Source: Candidatus Thorarchaeota archaeon (lineage in GTDB: Archaea > Asgardarchaeota > Thorarchaeia > Thorarchaeales > Thorarchaeaceae). From it: a stretch of 64,000 bases of DNA. The stretch spans positions 28,171-92,170 of the forward strand of contig PRDH01000035.1 in assembly GCA_003345545.1 (NCBI GenBank), given 5' to 3'. A program made the translations under genes and the position numbers. Below are positions 56,787-64,000 of this stretch, in pieces. Every line of letters starts with the position of its first letter. Within the stretch, counting starts at the first letter, position 1. The notes beneath the pieces were generated by a model. That model was not told where the DNA came from and did not search any database. It saw only the letters and a program-made list of their open reading frames with translations.

Positions 56787-58079
56787 CTAGGAACCTATCT
56801 TTCTCACCACTCGCTTATGACCTCTCTCTTTCACATCGACTATTGCCTTCCCTTCCTCATTGAAAGTCAGAGTTGTCCAAATATGTTGTCCGATGTCATT
56901 CTCCATATCAAGCATCCACGGGAGTGGATACCTCCCTCCGGTCATATCCGGCTTTGGCGTTTCTAATGCGTTCTCTTTCCAGAGTTTTACAAGGTTTTCA
57001 ATAATTCTTTCTCCAGCGCCGCCATTGGATAAGCTCTCTGCTTTCAAAATGGACGATGAAGGACGGTCTTCGCCTAGGATTCTATTGCACTCAGTCACCA
57101 TGCTCTCTACATTCGTTCCGGCAAGATAATTCGCCCCTGCCCAGACCGTTTCCGGCCATTCAGTGGTGTCGCGTGTGGTTATGCAGGGCGTACCGACCAG
57201 CATCGCCTCTTCCTGTACTCCTCCGCTGTCAGTAATTGCGACCTTGGCCTCCTCGAGTATCTTCATGAACGTCAAGTAGTTCAGAGGTTTGATGAGTCTA
57301 AGATTAGAGGCTTTCTTGACAAGTTTTTGAAGACAAAATTCCTCGATCCTCTTGCTAGTCCTTGGATGAACTGGAAACACAATCTTCCCTTGAATCTTGC
57401 CCAGTGCCTTTAAGATGTCTTTCAACCGCTTCGCATTGTCAACGTTTTCTTGTCTATGGAGTGTCATGACAACATCGAATTCACCAATCTCTTTATGATC
57501 GAGCGTAATAGATTTCCGTACTTTCCGAGTTTCCTTTACGATATCAGCAAGAGTGCTTCCAGCAAGAAAGACTCTATCTTTGGGTTTACCTTCGAAGAGA
57601 AGATTAAGAGCAGCAACTTCTGATGGTGCGAAGAAGATGCTGGAAGTGGCATCCACGACAAGTCTATTGACCTCCTCTGGCATGTTTAGGTCAAATGATC
57701 TGCAGCCTGCCTCAATATGGACAACGGGAATCTGAAGCTTCGCTGCAGCAAGTGCACCTGCCATTGTTGTATTTGTATCACCAAGCACAATCACTAGGCG
57801 TGGCTTCTCTAGCGTGAGGCATTTCTCAATCTCTGTGAGCAGCAGTGCTGTCTGCTCACCATGGCGGCTAGATTTGACATCAAGAAAGTAATGGATTCTT
57901 GGGAGATTCAACTCCTCAAGAAACACCTGTGACATCTCATAGTCATAGTGTTGGCCTGTATGGATGAAGACAGGACTCACGAATTTATTGACTTCAGCTG
58001 CCTTCATGACTGAGTATAATTTGATGATTTCTGGTCTCGTGCCAAAAACAAAACAGATTTTCATTTGACTATCAGGCAA
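56787..58079 (-). CDS. wecB: UDP-N-acetylglucosamine 2-epimerase (non-hydrolysing)
   Basis: GTRPEIIK, HTGQHYD, GDTNT, HIEAG.RS, PEEVNR, TDSGGVQEEA. Confidence 0.95.
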   Translation of the reverse strand: MPDSQMKICFVFGTRPEIIKLYSVMKAAEVNKFVSPVFIHTGQHYDYEMSQVFLEELNLPRIHYFLDVKSSRHGEQTALLLTEIEKCLTLEKPRLVIVLGDTNTTMAGALAAAKLQIPVVHIEAGCRSFDLNMPEEVNRLVVDATSSIFFAPSEVAALNLLFEGKPKDRVFLAGSTLADIVKETRKVRKSITLDHKEIGEFDVVMTLHRQENVDNAKRLKDILKALGKIQGKIVFPVHPRTSKRIEEFCLQKLVKKASNLRLIKPLNYLTFMKILEEAKVAITDSGGVQEEAMLVGTPCITTRDTTEWPETVWAGANYLAGTNVESMVTECNRILGEDRPSSSILKAESLSNGGAGERIIENLVKLWKENALETPKPDMTGGRYPLPWMLDMENDIGQHIWTTLTFNEEGKAIVDVKERGHKRVVRKIGS

Positions 58080-58083
58080 TATG

Positions 58084-59187
58084 TCATTTCTCCTTCTTCT
58101 TCAGACCCCGTTGCTTCAACAGCCTCTCATATACTCTGATTGTCATATCAGTAGCTGCATCAATACTGAACATGGACATTACGTACTCTCGTCCAGCCCT
58201 GCCCAGTTCCTTCTGATATTGTTCATTGCGGAGTATTCTCTTGAGAGCTTCAGCAATCTCAGGTACTTCCAAGCATATTATCATGCCCTTTACATCTTTG
58301 TAGTCATTGTAGGTCAAGACTGGAGTCCCGCAGGCAAGTGCTTCAAGGTGAGATATGCCAAGCTCTGGAGTGTTGGGATTGAAACCTCTGGCCTCGACCT
58401 TTGAGGCATTCAGGTATCTGGGTATCTCCGTATTCGGGACTTCACCAAGAAAATGAACATTATCTGTCATCCGCAGGTCTTCTACCATCTTCTTCATATT
58501 CTGCTCTTCAGGGCCGATGCCGAGTATGAGGAGATGCGCATCTGGGAACTCATTCAAAGCAATACGGAACGCCTTCAATGTCTTGTACGGTGTCTTGATT
58601 TTGAATAACCGTGCAGTGAACGTTACGATACGGTTTCCGTACTTTGCAATCAAATCGTCAGCAGGGATGCCGGGTCGAAAGGTGTCTGTGTCAATCATCC
58701 TAGGTATGTAAATCCTCCGCTCAGCAGGTACCAAGTTCTCCATGAATCTGTGGTAATATTCCGCTGTAAGGACTAGCATGTCCACACGTTTGAGGAATAT
58801 CTTCTGTATCTTCCCACGGATGGGGTCTTTTGGCACATCGATAACTTCCCAACCATGCCCCGTCGCTACGATTGGAATTCTGAGCAATCGCGCGGCAATG
58901 AATCCTATGAAGAACTGAGACCAAAGGTACTGAACATGGATTATCTGAGGACGCAGCCACAGAATTCTCAAGAGCATGGGCAAGAAGAGTCCAAATGCTC
59001 TTGGCCGAATTGGCAACGGTCGGATCCAGGTTAGCTCAGCCCCTTTCGGCACGTTATGGGTAAATAGAAGTCGGCTCAGTTTCCGCTGGGTATCAAGCAA
59101 GACATAGACCTTGAAACCCTTTCGAGTGAGTCCCGTTGTCAGATGATATGCGCAATTCGCGATCTCATCAATCATGCAAATCCTCAT
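58084..59187 (-). CDS. GT4 glycosyltransferase
   Basis: HGWE, RLFKIK, ELGISHLEALACGTPV. Confidence 0.9.
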   Translation of the reverse strand: MRICMIDEIANCAYHLTTGLTRKGFKVYVLLDTQRKLSRLLFTHNVPKGAELTWIRPLPIRPRAFGLFLPMLLRILWLRPQIIHVQYLWSQFFIGFIAARLLRIPIVATGHGWEVIDVPKDPIRGKIQKIFLKRVDMLVLTAEYYHRFMENLVPAERRIYIPRMIDTDTFRPGIPADDLIAKYGNRIVTFTARLFKIKTPYKTLKAFRIALNEFPDAHLLILGIGPEEQNMKKMVEDLRMTDNVHFLGEVPNTEIPRYLNASKVEARGFNPNTPELGISHLEALACGTPVLTYNDYKDVKGMIICLEVPEIAEALKRILRNEQYQKELGRAGREYVMSMFSIDAATDMTIRVYERLLKQRGLKKKEK

Positions 59188-59315
59188 TGATTACAGGTCA
59201 CCATCATTAGTTGATGCGACTAACGCGCACTCCGAGCCCCTTGGCTGCTATAAGGGTTTTTCATAAACAGCCGACTGAAATTCTGTAAGGCGGGTATCAA
59301 CGCCATACGCGCGAC

Positions 59316-60128
59316 TCAAAGATGGAGGACTCTCTTGACTAGACCTACCAGCCTTCGTCTGAACTCGTTTCCATAATAGGCTAAGACCTCTTCATCTCGG
59401 CAACGCCAGATTCTTCGAGAGCGTTCAGACCAATATCCTCTCAGGTACTGCGGATCATGCTTCGCAATCCCCTTCAGAATAACGTAGGAAAGAGATGTTC
59501 CTGAGTAGTAGGCGAGTCTCCCCTGCCTGTATCTTCCTTTCCAAGTATGAAGATGGGTTGGCGGTGACTCAACTGTGACATTGCCCAGAATGACCAGTCT
59601 ATAGCCCTTGTTCAGCGCTTTGACATTGATGAACGAGTCGGCTGAAACCTCCCAATACTGTTTGATGTCTCTAATGATATTGGCACGGAATACTTTCCCA
59701 GTGAACATGGGGAACGTACGTTTCGGTTGGTTCCTAACTTGGCCGGCTACAACGCCAACATCGTGATGATTCTCTAAGTATGTAGTCATTCCTTCGAAGT
59801 AGGTGATTGGGAAAATCGTGTCCACATCCGCAGTCGCTGCGTAGGGCACATTGCGGAGGAGAACACGTAGCAGCGGCTGAGCCTTATTCCAAGCCCTACC
59901 AAGGGTATCGAGATTTCCCTTGGCCTTCGGAGGCATTGATACTATCTCAAACTTGAGACCATATTTCGTAGCCTCCTTTGCAGCGACTTCCGCGCTGCTG
60001 TCATTGGATCCATCGTTCATGAAAACGAATACCTTTGGTCTCAGTGTCTGCGAAGAGATGTTTTGAATCAGGGACGGGAGCCGTTTCTGTTCGTTGTAGA
60101 ACTTGGTAATCAGAATGTAGTCGACCAT
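59316..60128 (-). CDS. GT2 glycosyltransferase
   Basis: KFYNE, NDGSNDSS, TADVD. Confidence 0.87.
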   Translation of the reverse strand: MVDYILITKFYNEQKRLPSLIQNISSQTLRPKVFVFMNDGSNDSSAEVAAKEATKYGLKFEIVSMPPKAKGNLDTLGRAWNKAQPLLRVLLRNVPYAATADVDTIFPITYFEGMTTYLENHHDVGVVAGQVRNQPKRTFPMFTGKVFRANIIRDIKQYWEVSADSFINVKALNKGYRLVILGNVTVESPPTHLHTWKGRYRQGRLAYYSGTSLSYVILKGIAKHDPQYLRGYWSERSRRIWRCRDEEVLAYYGNEFRRRLVGLVKRVLHL

Positions 60129-60242
60129 CGATTCCGCTTCATCTCCTGACTCAATAGGCTAACCGAAATTGGATTTGCATCAGCGTCTTCTTCATCTTCC
60201 GAGATAACTCTTCACTTACGTTACTTGCCTCTAGAGATCGTA

Positions 60243-61820
60243 TCATAGCAGTCCTGCTTTCTGTGCGAATTTGCGGTACCCTTTCATGAGCAGCTTCACA
60301 ATGTTGAGTCTCAGCACGAATTTTATCCACTTCTCATCGGTTGGCTCCTTGAACAAGAAACCAAACCTTGCTGCATATTCGCCCTCACTGTTGTACGTAA
60401 TCAACTCCTCCACAGCTTTGGGAGCAAAAAGCAGCTCAACGTCGGGATTCTCTGCGCGTACAGGATTCACCTGAATCTCGTTCCTTCCGGTCACGAGCAC
60501 ATGGAATCTGTCCCCCTCAAGGTCATAGTCAATCACTGCTCCCTTCTTCAAGCCATCGAAGATGAGCGGGTGGTTTCCTAGATACTCCATGAACTTCTTC
60601 TTTAGGGGACTTTCTGTGACTGCCTTCTTCTTCTTGACTTGCTTAACGAATGGCAGGATAAACTCTGTGAGATCAACGACTGGAAGGTCACTCTCAATGG
60701 ACCTACCTCCGTCCTCAAGTCCTCTATGACAGAACGGACAGGCTGTGACCAACAATGATGCTCCCGTTTCTTGTGCTTCCTTCATTCGATTACCTGCGAC
60801 TTCGTCAGCCAGCTCTCCGTAGCTTCCCTTCACACCCCCGCCACTTCCACAGCAATGAGCATATCTCTTGTTCGTTTCCATTTCGATGAGAGTCACATTT
60901 TCAACAGCCTCAATGACTCTACGTGGCGCCTCATAGACCTCCGCATGTCTGCCAAGATGGCATGGGTCATGATATGTGACGGTTATTGACTTGGGTGATT
61001 CAAACGCTGCCTTGCCCTCCTGAATGAGGCGGTCAAGATACTCTGCGATGTGCAAGATGTCAAAGTCATACTCGAATCCCTCTTTAGGAACATCTACCTT
61101 CCAGGTTCTGAAGCAACCTGCACATGCGGTGACTATTGTTTCTGCCCCCGCCGCTTTCATCTGCTCAAGATTCGACTTGGTTAATCTTGCAAAGGATTTT
61201 GTTCTCCCCAGTCTAAGTAAGACTGAGCCGCAACACTGCTCGTTGGGAAGCACTGTATAGTCTACTCCGAGCTTGTCAAACAGCTCAATCGTCGTCTTGG
61301 CAATCCCCTTCTCTCGATACGAGCTTGTACAACCAACGTAGTAGATCACAGGTGCAGTTTCAGGCCACTCGCGTTTACCAAACAAGGCGAGTCTCTTATC
61401 GGCGGGCTCTTTGTATGGGTTACCGAACTCATTGATTGAGGCTTCAATCTCTCGATGCTTGGGCATGTCGAAGTTGTTGGCCACAAGATCCTTACGGAGT
61501 GCTTCCATCATATCTGGAAGATTGATACCATCTGCTGTGGCTGTGCAAGTCTCCATGCAATTCTTACAGGTTGTACATGTGTAAGCCCAGTCCCTGATAT
61601 CGTTATCAAGAGGTAGCCTTTCGGTAAGGAGGTCATTCATGATCATTATGCGGCCTCTTGATGCATACGCTTCGAATCCAAGAACGTTCTTGATTGCGCA
61701 AGGAAGATAGACATCTCGATTAGAAGCTACAGTCTTGTCTGCAAGCGAGCAGTCGCCACAACGCGCACAGAGCCAAAGCTCGTCTTCATACTTGGACAAG
61801 TTCTCTAACTTGATGGTCAC
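60243..61820 (-). CDS. Fe-S oxidoreductase (GlcF/HdrD-like, two CCG domains) with C-terminal SCP2-like extension
   Basis: CARCGDC..C, CTTCKNCMETC, YYVGC, CCG, TACAGC, HDPCHLGR, CCGSGGG, TACPFC; extra ~120-aa C-terminal domain. Confidence 0.87.
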   Translation of the reverse strand: MTIKLENLSKYEDELWLCARCGDCSLADKTVASNRDVYLPCAIKNVLGFEAYASRGRIMIMNDLLTERLPLDNDIRDWAYTCTTCKNCMETCTATADGINLPDMMEALRKDLVANNFDMPKHREIEASINEFGNPYKEPADKRLALFGKREWPETAPVIYYVGCTSSYREKGIAKTTIELFDKLGVDYTVLPNEQCCGSVLLRLGRTKSFARLTKSNLEQMKAAGAETIVTACAGCFRTWKVDVPKEGFEYDFDILHIAEYLDRLIQEGKAAFESPKSITVTYHDPCHLGRHAEVYEAPRRVIEAVENVTLIEMETNKRYAHCCGSGGGVKGSYGELADEVAGNRMKEAQETGASLLVTACPFCHRGLEDGGRSIESDLPVVDLTEFILPFVKQVKKKKAVTESPLKKKFMEYLGNHPLIFDGLKKGAVIDYDLEGDRFHVLVTGRNEIQVNPVRAENPDVELLFAPKAVEELITYNSEGEYAARFGFLFKEPTDEKWIKFVLRLNIVKLLMKGYRKFAQKAGLL

Positions 61821-61821
61821 C

Positions 61822-63246
61822 CTACGGACCTCCTCTAAACACCTCTGGCGCAAAGATATTGTCCGGATCGAGTGCTTGCTTTATCTTCCAGTATGTATCG
61901 ATAAAGGGCTTCCGAACCTTCTTGAGAACACGGTCCTCCCAAAGAAGCCCCATCCAATACGGACAGGCACCAGTGTCCATAATTGCGTCAAGCATCTCAT
62001 TCCAGACCTTCAGTCCGTACTCCATTTTCTCCTTCGTCGGAATGAAGATTGTAATCCATCCAGTCGCATACGCTCTCTCAGACCCCAGACAACTCGCTAT
62101 ATACTTGATGTCATTCTCCAGCAGCTTGTGCTTCTTGAATATCGCCCAGATTCGTTTCATTACTATCGGAATTGTGGGAATTGGCCGTAGGTGACACGTA
62201 TTCAACCAGAAACCATTATTGTAGAGCGGCTGAACCAAGTTGAACATCTCGGACCAGTGCATTTGGGACGCGAAGTTGCCCAGATCCTTTCCGGCATGTT
62301 TGAGAGCAATCTCTCTGATGAGCTCCATCTTTCTGTTTGCAAGTTGCTGATCCGTTTCCTGCACAATAGATGCGAACATGGCATTGATCTCTGGATGTTT
62401 TCCTAAGAACCCCGGGAAGAAGGTTTCAGTGGACTGACGATCAACGAGTAGGTTCAACTCCTCCGTGAAACCTCGCTTCTGAACCTCAAGAAATGCTTCT
62501 GTGGCATCTTCTAGTGTCTTGAATCCGAAGTCGCCATAGGTGTAATAGTCCGCCTTTGGATATATTTTCAGAGTGACCTTCGTCTTCACTCCGAGAGTCC
62601 CGTGGTCTCCACTGAAGATGCCAGTCATGTCAAAGAAGGTGGAATATCTACCAAATAGCTGGGCATCGGGATTCCATCCTGTGCCTGTCTGGACTACGTT
62701 TCCACTGGCTAGAACCACCTCAAACGACACAACTCCCTCGGTCGAAGGCCCATACTTCGAGGCTGCGTATCCAATACTATTGATGCTCGTCGATCCACCA
62801 ACAGTGCCGACATTCCCTCCATAGGGCCCTCGGAAACCCAGCTTGTACCCCTTCTCATTAAGACGGTGAATCAGCTCGGCCCATCTGAGACCTGCCTCGA
62901 CAGTGACAGTCATTACATCCTCATCGATCTTGATGATTCGGTCCATCTTGACCATGTCGAGCATGACGGCGTTGGGGACCCTGGGCAGACAGGCCCCACA
63001 GATACCATTTCTCCCCCCAGCTGGAACAATAGGTGTCTTGCTTCGAGCACAGAGCCTGACAATATCTTGGACTTCTTCTACACTCTTTGGCATGACGACG
63101 ATTCCAGGTCTCTCCGCTTCGAGGTGACATGCATCTTTAGAATAAGCTGAGATGATGACCTGATTATCGTTCACTCGTTCTTGTCCGACAATCGCCTTCA
63201 GTTCGCCATAGAGTTGGTGAGTTGCGGCAGCTTTGACAATAGCCAT
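61822..63246 (-). CDS. FAD-binding oxidoreductase (GlcD/D-LDH/ADPS, VAO-PCMH family)
   Basis: VVMPKSVEEV, PAGG, TVEAG, TVGG, GDHGTLGV.T, KQALDPDNIF.P. Confidence 0.9.
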   Translation of the reverse strand: MAIVKAAATHQLYGELKAIVGQERVNDNQVIISAYSKDACHLEAERPGIVVMPKSVEEVQDIVRLCARSKTPIVPAGGRNGICGACLPRVPNAVMLDMVKMDRIIKIDEDVMTVTVEAGLRWAELIHRLNEKGYKLGFRGPYGGNVGTVGGSTSINSIGYAASKYGPSTEGVVSFEVVLASGNVVQTGTGWNPDAQLFGRYSTFFDMTGIFSGDHGTLGVKTKVTLKIYPKADYYTYGDFGFKTLEDATEAFLEVQKRGFTEELNLLVDRQSTETFFPGFLGKHPEINAMFASIVQETDQQLANRKMELIREIALKHAGKDLGNFASQMHWSEMFNLVQPLYNNGFWLNTCHLRPIPTIPIVMKRIWAIFKKHKLLENDIKYIASCLGSERAYATGWITIFIPTKEKMEYGLKVWNEMLDAIMDTGACPYWMGLLWEDRVLKKVRKPFIDTYWKIKQALDPDNIFAPEVFRGGP

Positions 63247-63592
63247 GACTGAACCTCACTTCAGGTTGAGACTCTCCTGTATAAGTAATCAGCGGAAGTA
63301 GCGCAAACATTCGTATTACATTGCTACGAATGCAGAATCTTATGATTCTAGAAGAAAGCCCTGGGATTGGGGCAAAGCGTCGGGATGACATCAGCTCGTG
63401 GTCTCTCTTTTGCAGCCTGCTTTCATCGCTTTGCAAGAATGTCATCTTCAACTTCACTCATTGTCGCATCTTGACTCACAAAATGATTAGCCATTAATCC
63501 ATCAGTTTTCAGTCAATGAACACATCTATCTAAATTCACTAGAATCTGTAGTAGTGTATTTGATCGAAATTCCGAAAGAAAGTCAATGCAAT

Positions 63593-64000
63593 TCAATTTT
63601 CCTCCAAATGCGCTACTTTCCGGTTTTGTGATTGATGACTATTTGTTTGATTCTCCCCTTTTTCTATTGGATTGCCTGTTTCTTTGTATCTGCTTACACC
63701 GAGCTGAATGAGCACAAGTGGAAACCATAACTGGGGTTCCCAGAATAGCGCAAACATGAAGAAGGGAATTGCAGAAAATAACCACATCCACTTGTATTGA
63801 GTATTGATTGTGAAGAATATTAGAGCTACAATCAGTAGAATGTATGTGAACACATAAGCTGGATTCATTAGAAAATCTAGTAGAAACGGCATCGTGAAGA
63901 AGTCAAAGGCTGCATAAGGTTTGTTGCCAATCACAATGAATCTTACTACACCATATAGAGCACCACCAGCGATGAATGACAGAAATCCCTCTATTTTCTT
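63593..64000 (-). CDS. Membrane protein, 3' part (reading frame open to the window end)
   Basis: Frame continues without a stop to 64000 (KKIEGFLSFIAGG...); several TMs; AT-rich. Confidence 0.65.
   Translation of the reverse strand, partial: KKIEGFLSFIAGGALYGVVRFIVIGNKPYAAFDFFTMPFLLDFLMNPAYVFTYILLIVALIFFTINTQYKWMWLFSAIPFFMFALFWEPQLWFPLVLIQLGVSRYKETGNPIEKGENQTNSHQSQNRKVAHLEEN

Noticed and set aside
1-64000. CRISPR arrays, tRNA/rRNA genes, transposases, integrases or proviral genes
   Set aside because: No regularly spaced repeats, cloverleaf/T-loop signatures or such protein motifs were seen by eye. tRNAscan-SE and Infernal would be needed to exclude small RNAs.

Overview
Gene-dense archaeal chromosome segment of about 60 CDSs, with no rRNA, tRNA, CRISPR array or transposase detected by eye. 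Archaeal markers include a GAN/RecJ-Cdc45 DHH nuclease, an ASH-Ski2-type helicase, EndoQ, NreA with a C-terminal PIP box and Rpo5. Several eukaryote-like proteins point, by inference, to an Asgard archaeon (possibly Thorarchaeia): a protein ending in a Vps28-CTD-like (ESCRT-I) domain, a PRMT-like methyltransferase with an intact E-x8-E loop, and a two-domain RPB5-like subunit. Content by region: the 3' end of uvrC, a ferredoxin, a surface-anchored phospholipase D and a purine/methylthioadenosine salvage operon (0-7 kb); PRMT-like, TPR, Nudix and RecJ genes, the Vps28-like gene and a HerA/FtsK ATPase (7-18 kb); a tandem duplication of a multi-zinc-finger membrane protein (18-19.6 kb); an uncharacterised run of genes ending in the helicase (22-27 kb); repair genes and regulators, plus a 40-aa desulforedoxin missed by the ORF track (27-47 kb); a glycosylation cluster with two decayed genes (47-60 kb); and a FAD-oxidase plus CCG Fe-S oxidoreductase pair whose second subunit ends in an SCP2-like domain (60-63 kb). 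All family calls come from motif recognition by eye. Reference sequences are quoted from memory and need profile or structure searches to confirm.
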